From a virus (Duplodnaviria > Caudoviricetes): 64,000 bases of DNA. The stretch spans positions 320,001-384,000 of IMG/VR virus record IMGVR_UViG_3300009031_000221. One strand, written 5' to 3'. The notes under the pieces are model-generated. The model was not told the DNA's origin. It saw nothing but the letters and a program-made list of their open reading frames with translations, and did no database searches. Below, piece after piece: positions 8,814 through 18,128 of the stretch. Numbering within the stretch: the first letter of the stretch is position 1; the number at the start of each line of letters is the position of its first letter. The translations under genes and the position numbers were made by a program.

Positions 8814-10051
8814 GGTGCATTCCCCAAGTATGGCATTTGTCCTGTATATTTGCAGGTCTCGCACCCAATCAAGGAATCAGGGTCTTGTTTGGGATCCCTT
8901 CCTGTCCCACCGCAAACACGACAGTCAACCATAGGCGGGTACACCCGTCCATTGCCATCACAGGTCTCGCACTCCACGATACGACCCTTGGCAGTAATGA
9001 GCTTGACTCCTGTCCCTTGGCACTTGGTGCATTCGATTTGGGCAGATCCCTTGGCATTGTTTCTTGCCGCCATTGCCTTAGTCGTGTAGGTGTAATTCGG
9101 CCTATTAACAGGGGCAGGAATCGGCGCTTGGCTAGGGTTTTGGAGCGCCGCGATTTCCTCAAACGTCCTGACATAGGAAGGAGGATCGAAGTCCCTCGTC
9201 GGGTATTCATCTACCTCCCCATCATCTTCCTTCTCCGTAACCCCTGTGAGGGCGTAGAGGTAATCCTTAGGCCCCGTGTGCCCATCCAGGATGAAGGGAT
9301 CCAGGATAGCCCTAAGAAGTTGATGTGCTTGCTTATCCTCCGCGGACGGGGCAATACGGGTGATGTCCCCACAACTAAGGGCACGAGGAATGGAAGATGT
9401 CTTGTCATTTGGGTCAATGTGGATTCCATTGGCAGGCACTATCGTATATCCATCCCCCGTAAGGTGCAACATGTCCGATGTCACATCAATGTGATTGCCC
9501 GGGGAGAAGTGATAGGCCTTTCGTGTAGGTTGGTCAAAGAATGCGATCCGCTTATTGACAAAGCAACGGAAAGGCTTCTTGGCGATATTATCCGCGATTT
9601 GCCATACGGTTACGGCGATGGACAGCCACCCAAAGAAGTCCGTTGGATTCTCATTGTCGAGGGATTCCCGAATGATCTCGATGTTATTGGATGCGCCGTC
9701 TTGACGGTATGACAGGATGGCAAGGGTCGCATCCTTATGAAAGTCAAACCGAATCGTCAGCTTCGATGGCGTCGGCAACATGGCGGCAAGGGTGATGGGG
9801 AGGACAGCCCTATCAGGAAGCTCTGGTAGAGCGGGGCTTGGGATTCCCCACTTAGGGGAAGGCTTGGGGGCAATAGGGATCAGGACATTCCAATCGTTTT
9901 CCTTCAAGTCAATGCCATGGTGAGACACTGCCGTATCGATTGCCCCAATGACTTGCTGAGCCAAGATCGCAATGGCACCAATGGCAGTACCGTTCCTAGC
10001 AGGCGGGATAAGGAGTTCTAGTTTGTGGATGTGCGCCATAGGCAAGCTCAT
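8810..10051 (-). CDS. NDxAGW-family member 2 fused to DnaJ-type zinc finger
   Basis: LDNENPTDFFGWLSIAV; C-term CTKCQGTG, CETCDGNG, CRVCGGTG, CETCKYTG (CxxCxGxG x4). Confidence 0.7.
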   Translation of the reverse strand: MSLPMAHIHKLELLIPPARNGTAIGAIAILAQQVIGAIDTAVSHHGIDLKENDWNVLIPIAPKPSPKWGIPSPALPELPDRAVLPITLAAMLPTPSKLTIRFDFHKDATLAILSYRQDGASNNIEIIRESLDNENPTDFFGWLSIAVTVWQIADNIAKKPFRCFVNKRIAFFDQPTRKAYHFSPGNHIDVTSDMLHLTGDGYTIVPANGIHIDPNDKTSSIPRALSCGDITRIAPSAEDKQAHQLLRAILDPFILDGHTGPKDYLYALTGVTEKEDDGEVDEYPTRDFDPPSYVRTFEEIAALQNPSQAPIPAPVNRPNYTYTTKAMAARNNAKGSAQIECTKCQGTGVKLITAKGRIVECETCDGNGRVYPPMVDCRVCGGTGRDPKQDPDSLIGCETCKYTGQMPYLGNAP

Positions 10052-10695
10052 AAGTTCAACCCCGCCATTGCCTTGTCAATGCAGTCTAGCGTGTTCAACC
10101 CCGCTAACGTGTCGTCAATGCGGTCTATCACGCTTCTTTTATCCTTTAGCGCACTTCTCTGATCTTGTTCAGTGAGTTGATCCGATAGCAACTCGATGCC
10201 CTTCCATGTGCTTTCGGACAGATTCATCATGCTATTCGCCAGTTCCTCGATCCGTCCATTATCTGCATAGGCACCAAGGATTTGCTTGGCTATGTCGATA
10301 CAACGGGCTTTCTTATCCCTGATGGCCTTCCTTGCAGGCATTTCATTCAGTGCCGCAATAACGATAGAAGCCCATCCAGCAACATCGTTCTCGTCATAGG
10401 GGCAAAGGTCATCGTAATGGGTTTCCGTTTGCATATCCTTGATGCATCCGTTGAACAACAGCGGGGTATGTGAGTTCATGGTCATGGTGGCGGGACCACA
10501 AACGATTTCGAATACTATGCATCCCTGAGGAACTTGCGGCCCCGCATAGAAAGTACCCCAATCGTATCCATCAGGGAGGAATGTATCCAGGGAACCTGCC
10601 AGCTTTCGGGCAGACTCCTCAAGCACTTCGGATCTTTGGAATCTCGATTCATGGTGCAACTTGATGGCATGATCGACGGCGTCTAGCAGTTTCAT
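10048..10695 (-). CDS. NDxAGW-family member 3
   Basis: LCPYDENDVAGWASIVI. Confidence 0.65.
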   Translation of the reverse strand: MKLLDAVDHAIKLHHESRFQRSEVLEESARKLAGSLDTFLPDGYDWGTFYAGPQVPQGCIVFEIVCGPATMTMNSHTPLLFNGCIKDMQTETHYDDLCPYDENDVAGWASIVIAALNEMPARKAIRDKKARCIDIAKQILGAYADNGRIEELANSMMNLSESTWKGIELLSDQLTEQDQRSALKDKRSVIDRIDDTLAGLNTLDCIDKAMAGLNL

Positions 10696-11171
10696 TATCC
10701 ATCTCCAAACAAGTCCATCAGGCTGAAATCGTCTAAGGTGCTATCTACCCGATCGACTTGTTTCTCGAGTCCTTTGACGGAAATATCAAGCTTATTTAGG
10801 GCTTCCTCCAGTTCCACATAATCGCGTACGTGTGCTATGACGATGGATACCCAACCCGCAAGGTCATTCGGGTCTGAGGGATCTAGATCGGGATATTGCA
10901 CACCGCCAGCATGACCTGTGAATGTGACATTCCCCTTATCCCAATGCATCCGAATTTGATACTCCGATATCAAGTCACATCCCCAACCATTGTAATCATC
11001 ATAGTAGATGCCCATAGTCCATTGAATTTCGGGGGTTTTGGATGCAATGATAGCTTCTACAACGACATTGACGGAATTGGCTAGAACCCCTCGAGGGGTA
11101 TGGGGCTCCGCGAAGGCACCTAATGACTCTGCCCACTTAGGTATTTCCGATGTAGAAATGAGTTGCGTCAT
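10695..11171 (-). CDS. NDxAGW-family member 4
   Basis: LDPSDPNDLAGWVSIVI. Confidence 0.65.
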   Translation of the reverse strand: MTQLISTSEIPKWAESLGAFAEPHTPRGVLANSVNVVVEAIIASKTPEIQWTMGIYYDDYNGWGCDLISEYQIRMHWDKGNVTFTGHAGGVQYPDLDPSDPNDLAGWVSIVIAHVRDYVELEEALNKLDISVKGLEKQVDRVDSTLDDFSLMDLFGDG

Positions 11172-11186
11172 CTATCCTCCACAGGT

Positions 11187-11212
11187 ACTACGCACTTCGA
11201 TCCAAAAGTTAG
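11187..11212 (-). promoter_or_regulatory. repeated bipartite promoter-like motif (variant)
   Basis: plus strand actacgc-N11-aaagttag; 16 nt above start 11171. Confidence 0.6.
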
Positions 11213-11694
11213 TCTCCGTCGTCATCCTCCGGGACAAGAAGATAGCCACCTTTGGCAGCCAGCGGCTTGACATAGGTAGCGATTGTGGTCAGGACAACCG
11301 AAGTGAACCCTGCAATGTCATTCGGATCATTGGTATCGACGTGAAATGCTGTAGATTGTCGCGTTGGCGAAGAAGAGGACTCACACGTATGCAAACATAC
11401 GGTAATGTCCTTTGAGGACAGGGCGATGGGCACGACGATTTCAACAAGTAATTTGTAGGCTGGAATTGGGGTAATCCCATCAGGCATCCATATAAAGGGC
11501 TTGCCGAACCTCCCGAGAATCTTGACACGGGCATGAATCCCGGTGCCATGCGATAGGACTTCCCATTCGTCCCGGTAATTAATGTGCCTTAGAGGGGTTA
11601 GGAGGGCGGATGCGGACGTTGCTGCCTTGGACATAGCCCCGCCTGAGGCGGAGGCTACGGAGGAACACAGGCGAACGTATTCGGGGGCATTCAT
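11209..11694 (-). CDS. NDxAGW-family member 5
   Basis: VDTNDPNDIAGFTSVVL. Confidence 0.65.
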   Translation of the reverse strand: MNAPEYVRLCSSVASASGGAMSKAATSASALLTPLRHINYRDEWEVLSHGTGIHARVKILGRFGKPFIWMPDGITPIPAYKLLVEIVVPIALSSKDITVCLHTCESSSSPTRQSTAFHVDTNDPNDIAGFTSVVLTTIATYVKPLAAKGGYLLVPEDDDGD

Positions 11695-12200
11695 GGCGCA
11701 TTCATCAGGCTTGGATCACGCATGATGTTGAGCGTGTTGATGACAACGGACATGAACCCTGTCATATCCATAGAGTCCTCGGGGTCTAGGTCATTGAGAA
11801 TGATGTTGGGCTTCCTCCAGGCGCTCAACTGGTAGGTATCCATGTTGAGCTTGTCTGGGTGCAGGGGCTTGGCGAGATCCGCCCATATGAGGCAATGGAA
11901 TATGGATCTCCCTGTTGGCCAAATGAGGATCATGTACATTTGCGGGGCAAGGCTGGGGGCATAACAGATGGTGATTTCTGCCGCCAGTGCCTTTACTTGC
12001 CAATCTGCAACATTGTTCATGCAAAGGGGATCCGGCAATCGATCCATGAGATCCGTGAGGACGCGAATGATGTTCTTTCGTGCCGGATGACTTTCTCTGA
12101 ACCCCTCTAGGATCGAATCCAAGGCCTTCCCATTGTGTTCGACACATTGGGTAATGTAATCCATCGTTTCTTTGTCAGGATCCGGCAATTTCCAAGGCAT
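11691..12200 (-). CDS. NDxAGW-family member 6
   Basis: LDPEDSMDMTGFMSVVI. Confidence 0.65.
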   Translation of the reverse strand: MPWKLPDPDKETMDYITQCVEHNGKALDSILEGFRESHPARKNIIRVLTDLMDRLPDPLCMNNVADWQVKALAAEITICYAPSLAPQMYMILIWPTGRSIFHCLIWADLAKPLHPDKLNMDTYQLSAWRKPNIILNDLDPEDSMDMTGFMSVVINTLNIMRDPSLMNAP

Positions 12201-12203
12201 GAT

Positions 12204-12776
12204 TCACCGTACCTTGAATGCGTCTCGCAAACGCCCTTCAATGTCTTTCCACGGTACATTGCCGTCCGCCTTCCAATCGAATAGAGCAACTCGGGCATAT
12301 CCCCATGCCAAGTTGCGATCTCCCTTGGCCAAGTAGACCTGTGCGTGTGTCATACCTCTCAGGGTACGAACCAGATGATCCGGGGTAGGGATGTCGTGTA
12401 GGACATCTGCCATGACATCGCAAAGGATCGGCATGAAGTCTGTACGGCTCAAGTAGGTGCGGCGGTTGGAACAACCCCAGGTCGTGTACATGGATTTGGG
12501 ATCCAGGTCTGTCATGTCCATTTGATTAGGCCCAACCTTGATGATATGTTCGTCATCAAGTTCAACCTCCCAACAGATTGGCCCGCCGACTCCAAACCGA
12601 ATGGCGGCAATGAGATTTTCCGCCCAATGCAACCCGGCGCCGCCAACCTTCAGGTCTCCCACGTAGACATGTGAACCTCCTACGCTAGCAGGCGGTTGCT
12701 TCTTCCCGTCTACGGTCTGCAATGGGCAGTAGGGCAAGGGGAGATTGTTGTCATTGCTGAACCAGTATGCCTTCAT
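12204..12776 (-). CDS. DUF7666-like phage protein (diverged)
   Basis: start refined to MKAYWFS; GLHWAENLIAAIRF...WEVELD; same MKAYWFS start as 13301..13984. Confidence 0.5.
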   Translation of the reverse strand: MKAYWFSNDNNLPLPYCPLQTVDGKKQPPASVGGSHVYVGDLKVGGAGLHWAENLIAAIRFGVGGPICWEVELDDEHIIKVGPNQMDMTDLDPKSMYTTWGCSNRRTYLSRTDFMPILCDVMADVLHDIPTPDHLVRTLRGMTHAQVYLAKGDRNLAWGYARVALFDWKADGNVPWKDIEGRLRDAFKVR

Positions 12777-12985
12777 GTTGCCCTCAAATCCCATGCGGGG
12801 CCATACTCCATGGCCAGTTCCAAATCCAAGATATCCTCGAAAGCCTGTGCCTTTTCCTCAAGCGCTTTCAATTCATCTTGTGTTACCCGAGAATTCCCGT
12901 TAGCAAACTCCCCTTCAGCCTGCTGAAATTGGAGGCGGGCTTTCCGGGCATTCAGTGCCGCACGACAGATCCCAAATTCACTCAT
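12773..12985 (-). CDS. hypothetical coiled-coil protein
   Basis: start refined to MSEFG (TAATG overlap). Confidence 0.55.
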   Translation of the reverse strand: MSEFGICRAALNARKARLQFQQAEGEFANGNSRVTQDELKALEEKAQAFEDILDLELAMEYGPAWDLRAT

Positions 12986-13320
12986 TAGAACTCCCGCTTC
13001 CACCACTTCTTGTTGGCGCATTGCTGCATAGCCTTGGTCAGGGCGTCGATGTGACCCAGGCCAGACAACCCGATGCATCCACGGTAGACACGCCGCAGGG
13101 ACTGCTGGACAAGGACAAGATCTTTGACCGCCTCCCGTCCTAGGAGGCGCTTGGAATTCGGGGCACGTACCCCGATTGCGGACAGGATGTTGTGCGCTTT
13201 CGACAGGTACATGGCAGCATGCTCCCGGTTCCGCAGATTGATCTGCTCCTGGGCACTGGCGAATGCTGCCTTGGCATCCTTGGCACAGATCTTGATGATC
13301 TCATCCGATACGTTCAGCAT
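12985..13320 (-). CDS. hypothetical protein
   Basis: 111 aa in coupled run. Confidence 0.55.
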   Translation of the reverse strand: MLNVSDEIIKICAKDAKAAFASAQEQINLRNREHAAMYLSKAHNILSAIGVRAPNSKRLLGREAVKDLVLVQQSLRRVYRGCIGLSGLGHIDALTKAMQQCANKKWWKREF

Positions 13321-13984
13321 TTTGCACCTCGAAAGCTTTGTCTACAAGCTCTTGGAATTTTACCCTTTGTGCGGCACGGGTATTTTGGAAGGCCAAATGT
13401 GCGTCATTGACGGAGAATGGGTGATCTCGGTACACCGCATCCGCCGCATATGTCGCAGCGCTTACGACTTGCCGCCCCACACTCAAATCGGTTGCGGTGA
13501 AAATGGCCTGGTATGCCGATTTAGCTGCCAGGGAAGGCACCCAATTACCGGCGTCCTCCAATGCCTGCCAAATAATACCTGTAAGGGCCTCCGCAGCATT
13601 GGCAAGCGAATCGTCACCCGTTTCCAGGTACCGTTTGACGATATCCGGGCATTCCCAAAGGTGAATCACCTGAAGGGCGCACCAACGGGCGAACTCCTTC
13701 AACAAGGGCGGAACTGGAATGCGATCCAAGTGCCTACGTTGGCTGGCGGCGTACTTGTTGACCGGCGTTCCATGTCCCACGATGGTCCCATCAAGCTCAA
13801 CGATATCCAGAGTCGACGGATAGAATGAGTATACCAAGGCATCGAAGGGATCAACGGAGGCATGAAGGCCATTCTCGCAAGGAATGATGATTCCGCCCTC
13901 GGTATAGGAATTACCTACCATGTAGATAATGTGCGATCTCCCCTGCATCGGACGACCATCCTTGCTGAACCAGTATGCCTTCAT
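13301..13984 (-). CDS. DUF7666-like phage protein
   Basis: MKAYWFS...VGNSYT...CENGLHASVDPFDALVY...VELDG...KYAAS, recalled phage family pattern. Confidence 0.6.
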   Translation of the reverse strand: MKAYWFSKDGRPMQGRSHIIYMVGNSYTEGGIIIPCENGLHASVDPFDALVYSFYPSTLDIVELDGTIVGHGTPVNKYAASQRRHLDRIPVPPLLKEFARWCALQVIHLWECPDIVKRYLETGDDSLANAAEALTGIIWQALEDAGNWVPSLAAKSAYQAIFTATDLSVGRQVVSAATYAADAVYRDHPFSVNDAHLAFQNTRAAQRVKFQELVDKAFEVQNAERIG

Positions 13985-14202
13985 GCTTGTGCCTCGATGT
14001 TCTTGACCGTTTGATGGAACTCCGCATCCGTAAACCACAAGGACTTCAATGCAAGAATGCCCCGGGCCTTGCAGCACGTCGGGCAATCGCAACACGTCCC
14101 GCCATGAACCTTCTTGGAGGGTACGCCCTTAGCGGCGATCCAGACCTCCCAGTCTTGGGGAGTCCAGTAGAGCGTGGATACAGTTGGAACGGGGAATACC
14201 AT
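13981..14202 (-). CDS. small Cys-rich hypothetical protein
   Basis: TCCDCPTCC; directly below motif copy at 14223. Confidence 0.55.
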   Translation of the reverse strand: MVFPVPTVSTLYWTPQDWEVWIAAKGVPSKKVHGGTCCDCPTCCKARGILALKSLWFTDAEFHQTVKNIEAQA

Positions 14203-14222
14203 GGCAGTTCTCCTACCATGTA

Positions 14223-14248
14223 TCTACGCTCGACGGGACAGAAGTAAG
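14223..14248 (-). promoter_or_regulatory. repeated bipartite promoter-like motif
   Basis: plus strand tctacgc-N11-gaagtaag; 21 nt above start 14202. Confidence 0.75.
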
Positions 14249-14259
14249 CCAAGCCCCGT

Positions 14260-14721
14260 CTACTTCTTCTTCTTCGCCCCATGCAAGGCCATATATCGAG
14301 CAACCTGAGCATAGTAGGGACGTTGCCTATCTGCATGTTTGGCCACGGCAAACTTGAGCGCCGCAAGAGTAGCTACGGGGTCATCATCGGGCGCTCTGCC
14401 TTGCCGCACCTCATCCAACGGATACCTTTGTGAGGTCTCTGGATCTATCAACCCGCCGTCACCCGGCCAGTAGTTGAACGAATCCCGGTTAGGGTCTACA
14501 TCGTCATAAACATAGTAGCCTGATCCCCCAAGGATCTTGTAGGCTTCCCGCAACAGGCCGATGTCATCTGGCAGCATCCCTGCCAATGCGAACTGTACAA
14601 TGGCATCATGCTTTGCCTTTTCGGCTTCACGGATACGCTTTCGCACTCGTTTCAGTTCGATCTTCTCTTCCTCGAGGTGCCCGATGACGCTCAGGAGGTC
14701 ATTCACATTCAATCCACTCAT
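14260..14721 (-). CDS. hypothetical protein
   Basis: start refined to MSGLNV (ATGA). Confidence 0.6.
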   Translation of the reverse strand: MSGLNVNDLLSVIGHLEEEKIELKRVRKRIREAEKAKHDAIVQFALAGMLPDDIGLLREAYKILGGSGYYVYDDVDPNRDSFNYWPGDGGLIDPETSQRYPLDEVRQGRAPDDDPVATLAALKFAVAKHADRQRPYYAQVARYMALHGAKKKK

Positions 14722-15026
14722 TCCAATCCTCCCATTCCACCTTGAATCAACCCGAGGGATACGCAATCGCGAAAGAATATGACCCTAGACGGCAAGTGTT
14801 CCTTCTGCCTCAGGGTACTCATTAATACGGCGTACGCGAGTTCTGGGGGCATCGTGGTTGGATTACGGCTAGCTATGACGGCATCCGCAATCTCCCAAGC
14901 CTCCGCGGAGAACAAAGCGTAGAAACCCACGAACACAATCGTACATGCAGGCTCTTTGAACCCGTCATCCCAAGTGCGTTGAGCGGATGCCATGAACGCG
15001 GGGATATGGTGCCGAAGGTTTCCCAT
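14718..15026 (-). CDS. hypothetical protein
   Basis: start refined to MGNLRH. Confidence 0.5.
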   Translation of the reverse strand: MGNLRHHIPAFMASAQRTWDDGFKEPACTIVFVGFYALFSAEAWEIADAVIASRNPTTMPPELAYAVLMSTLRQKEHLPSRVIFFRDCVSLGLIQGGMGGLE

Positions 15027-15028
15027 AG

Positions 15029-15610
15029 CTATTTGTCCTTCTTCTTGTCCTTCTTGGACCCAAGGGCTGGGGATTCCACATAGTGGAAGGGGCCAGCTAC
15101 GGAAGCGTTGAGGCACGCAGATGCTTCCAAGGCCATTTCCAACCGGCGTTGCGGGGACATGGACATCTGTCCGGTCGTATGCAGGCTTCCTTTCGCAGAC
15201 AAATCTCCGCCACCGATTGCGGCGAAGTTGCAATGGTAGGAACTAACGTGGAAATCCTCATCAATCTCAAATAATTGACCAGCAACGCCAACGAGGATTT
15301 GCCCGCCTTCAGCCCTACCGTTTTCCGTTGTGCCCCATTTGTTCCCGATCAGGCAATTCATCAAGCTATTTACGAACTTGGTACACATGAACCGATGCAG
15401 TTCGCTAGGATCATCGGGTGGATCCATCGGATCAAAGGAGTATTGCAGGATTTGCCCCATGCGGAAGGAACTCGTGAATCCCATCACATAGGAACCGTGG
15501 GTGAATACCTTCGGTTCCCGGATGATGTGCAAGTCATATTCCGCTGTGCCGGCGCTATCTCCGCCCAAGTAGACGGTTTTACCGTCCGTGATACCTACGA
15601 TGCAAGTCAT
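15029..15610 (-). CDS. HslV/proteasome-beta-like Ntn-hydrolase peptidase
   Basis: M-T-CIVG N-terminal Thr nucleophile, GGDS, EPKVF, AIGGGDLSAKGSL. Confidence 0.75.
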   Translation of the reverse strand: MTCIVGITDGKTVYLGGDSAGTAEYDLHIIREPKVFTHGSYVMGFTSSFRMGQILQYSFDPMDPPDDPSELHRFMCTKFVNSLMNCLIGNKWGTTENGRAEGGQILVGVAGQLFEIDEDFHVSSYHCNFAAIGGGDLSAKGSLHTTGQMSMSPQRRLEMALEASACLNASVAGPFHYVESPALGSKKDKKKDK

Positions 15611-15816
15611 TGATTACCTCCTGGTTTCTCTGGCATGATGGACAGGCGGCTGACCTCATCTCGACTGAAACCCAAGTCCTTGAGGCGTTGTGCCGCACGG
15701 TTGTTGAGTTCCGCATATCTACCCGCATCGCTGGCCTTATCAGGCTGCACTATGTCGTTCAACAACCTACGCAGTTCTTCCATCGGGGTTTCGTCATCGT
15801 CCCTGAAGTGTCCCAT
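15607..15816 (-). CDS. hypothetical protein
   Basis: 69 aa, ATGA overlap. Confidence 0.55.
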   Translation of the reverse strand: MGHFRDDDETPMEELRRLLNDIVQPDKASDAGRYAELNNRAAQRLKDLGFSRDEVSRLSIMPEKPGGNQ

Positions 15817-16080
15817 CTATTTGCACCATAGGGTGGTAGGACCACCCTGATAAGAACCTATCCAAACCAAGCGGCATGTGACAGGTTTGCCGTTTTCCGT
15901 TGTGTGGTAATCGAACTCCACAGCAGCGTTTGGCACGCTAGTGCCTCCAGGAATATCGGGGATATGCCGAATCGTGTGATGGAGTTCTACCACGGCTTGA
16001 TCCGGCTCTGCTGGACAAGTGGTGTTGCCCGTACATGCCATCAACAGGCATCCTACTAGGAGGATCTTAGGGGTATACAT
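15817..16080 (-). CDS. putative lipoprotein, paralog of 27675..28025
   Basis: start refined to MYTPKILLVGCLLMAC (lipobox-like); C-term CRLVWIGSYQGGPTTLWC. Confidence 0.55.
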   Translation of the reverse strand: MYTPKILLVGCLLMACTGNTTCPAEPDQAVVELHHTIRHIPDIPGGTSVPNAAVEFDYHTTENGKPVTCRLVWIGSYQGGPTTLWCK

Positions 16081-16273
16081 ACCAACCCTCCTCCGAGACG
16101 TTGAATCCCAGGGCTTCGAGTGCCTTCTCATCCTCGGGGGTCAGGCCTTGAGGGGCATCCTCAGGGCAAATGTGGATGATGTCATGATCCGCCCCGCCGA
16201 GGGATGTATCCAGACCTTCGGGGAGGTACTTGGCCAGGATATCCAGGCCGGCGGCAAAGTTCTTGAAAGTCAT
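16067..16273 (-). CDS. hypothetical protein, paralog of 17122..17352
   Basis: MTFKNFAAGLDILAKYLPEG...LGF...GWY. Confidence 0.65.
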   Translation of the reverse strand: MTFKNFAAGLDILAKYLPEGLDTSLGGADHDIIHICPEDAPQGLTPEDEKALEALGFNVSEEGWYVYP

Positions 16274-16285
16274 GTCATTGCTCCT

Positions 16286-16576
16286 TTAGTGTGCGTCCCA
16301 TTTAGCGGTGAATCCGATTTTCGTCCAAATCTCATGTTCCCTCTTCAAATTGGTGCGGGAATGACGCAGGCATCCCTTGAACCGCTTGTTCACCCAGGCC
16401 AGGTACCGGTCACGGATCACTTCATAGGAGTCCGTTACGGGGGCGTCGAAGCCATCCTTCTCCACGTCAATACCCAAGATTTCGTAGGTAGCCACCGTCG
16501 GCGTTTGGTACAACCGGGTGATTTCGTGCTTGGCGCCCAAGGGGTGCTCGTAGTATAGGTAGACATTCATTGACAT
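16286..16576 (-). CDS. hypothetical protein
   Basis: start refined to MSMNVY (TAATG). Confidence 0.55.
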   Translation of the reverse strand: MSMNVYLYYEHPLGAKHEITRLYQTPTVATYEILGIDVEKDGFDAPVTDSYEVIRDRYLAWVNKRFKGCLRHSRTNLKREHEIWTKIGFTAKWDAH

Positions 16577-16857
16577 TATTCCGCATCCTCCTTCGCGTAC
16601 CATTCCGCCCAAGGCGTCCCGGGTAGGGGCCATTTATCATCCAGGATGTCGAGGCACGTTCGATGGACAGATGGCGCCGGGCAAGTACGTCCAGAGTCTG
16701 TCCAGTCATATGCCAAGCATTTCAGATGTTTGGACTTCGGATGCTCCTTCTGGGCTGCACGAATCACCTCAAGCATCTGATCCGCTGGGCAATGCCCGTC
16801 ATCATCATGCTCAACGGGGAGATCCGCAAGTTGCTTGATCCATTCCTTTTCGGTCAT
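16576..16857 (-). CDS. hypothetical protein
   Basis: 93 aa coupled. Confidence 0.55.
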   Translation of the reverse strand: MTEKEWIKQLADLPVEHDDDGHCPADQMLEVIRAAQKEHPKSKHLKCLAYDWTDSGRTCPAPSVHRTCLDILDDKWPLPGTPWAEWYAKEDAE

Positions 16858-17132
16858 GGTTCACCTTTCCAATCTTTGCGTTCGGCGTGGAACGCACGGC
16901 CGCAGTTGTTACACAAGGGCAATTTGGAGTCGGCGTCCGACCAATTCGCGTAGCGATTCTTGGTGTCAGGCCATTGGACGATGCCACAGAACGAAGAAGC
17001 AAAGCCCGACACGGCTCCATTCGTATATTCGATGAACAAATGTGCGACATTGCCATTCCGCGTCTTGCGGACGGTTACGGCTTCTAACGGGAACGCCCCA
17101 TCAGGCCAATGTGGTTCACGACTAGTCGCCAT
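16854..17132 (-). CDS. hypothetical protein with H/C zinc-ribbon-like residues
   Basis: AHLF...FCG...LCNNCG. Confidence 0.5.
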   Translation of the reverse strand: MATSREPHWPDGAFPLEAVTVRKTRNGNVAHLFIEYTNGAVSGFASSFCGIVQWPDTKNRYANWSDADSKLPLCNNCGRAFHAERKDWKGEP

Positions 17133-17352
17133 TGATGTACCATCCCGTTGTGTTCCAGGAGAAGCCCAAAACATTCAAGAGATTCTTATCCAAATTCGTG
17201 ATCCCGGGGTGTCCTTTCCTGCGTCCAATGTCGGATGGGGCCACGTAGATGACTTTGTCATTGTATGCCAAGCCCATAAACTTGGTCTTCATCCCTTCGG
17301 GGTCGTACTTGGCGAGGATGGCGAGGCCTTTGGTCAGGTTGTCAAATGTCAT
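17122..17352 (-). CDS. hypothetical protein, paralog of 16067..16273
   Basis: start refined to MTFDNLTKGLAILAKYDPEG...LGF...GWY. Confidence 0.65.
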   Translation of the reverse strand: MTFDNLTKGLAILAKYDPEGMKTKFMGLAYNDKVIYVAPSDIGRRKGHPGITNLDKNLLNVLGFSWNTTGWYINGD

Positions 17353-17951
17353 GGCGTAATCTCCTTTCGTTTCCTTTTGTGCCACTGTGCTACGGGGCCG
17401 AACCGTTCCTCGAGATCCGCGATGCACTTCTTGGCACGGGTCACTTGTTCTTCGGTGTCCCAAGCAATGACCATGTACAGGGTTTCCCGAATCCCGGCAA
17501 GCCACTCAGGCCTTACGTTATCCGGCACCGTGCAACACGGCGAATGGTGCGTGCTAATGGCATGGAAATGAAGGATTGGCTCCTTCGGTGGGTACATCTT
17601 GTGGCGTAGGGCATTCTCGCGTTGTTTCGGTGTGCGACTAATGGCACGGGAACGACGATCCTGGAGGATGCGTTCGATTCCCTGGGGCGTCCGCTTCCTG
17701 TCAGGACAGAACCGAAGGGGGTTGAGTTTGTCCTCCCATCGGAAATGGACATATCGTTCCCATTTATTCAGCCTTTTGAACTCTTCTTCGCGTTGTGCTG
17801 TGTTCAGTCCATCCGTTCGTAGCCCGTCTTTCCAATCGAACTCAGTCCCAAACGCAAGGAACAAACGGTCTAGCACGTCCGCCCTGCAGTGATACAGGGT
17901 CGGCCAGTACTTGACCATGTTGATCATGGTGCGTGTGAGGCTATTGGGCAT
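17349..17951 (-). CDS. hypothetical protein
   Basis: 200 aa coupled. Confidence 0.6.
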   Translation of the reverse strand: MPNSLTRTMINMVKYWPTLYHCRADVLDRLFLAFGTEFDWKDGLRTDGLNTAQREEEFKRLNKWERYVHFRWEDKLNPLRFCPDRKRTPQGIERILQDRRSRAISRTPKQRENALRHKMYPPKEPILHFHAISTHHSPCCTVPDNVRPEWLAGIRETLYMVIAWDTEEQVTRAKKCIADLEERFGPVAQWHKRKRKEITP

Positions 17952-18128
17952 TTACTTCCCTACCTTGAATGTCCTGAATCGGTTGGCCTCAACAGCGGCA
18001 TGCGCTTGGGGGTTACGGAAGGCATACCATGTCATCCCTAGCCACGTGTAGAACTCCTTCCGAATGGTGTTCTCCGGGGACGGCTCCTTGTTGATATCCT
18101 GGGCATACCAAAGGTGGTGCTTCTTCAT
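17952..18128 (-). CDS. small hypothetical protein
   Basis: MKKHHLWY..., ATGA overlap with 18125 stop. Confidence 0.5.
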   Translation of the reverse strand: MKKHHLWYAQDINKEPSPENTIRKEFYTWLGMTWYAFRNPQAHAAVEANRFRTFKVGK

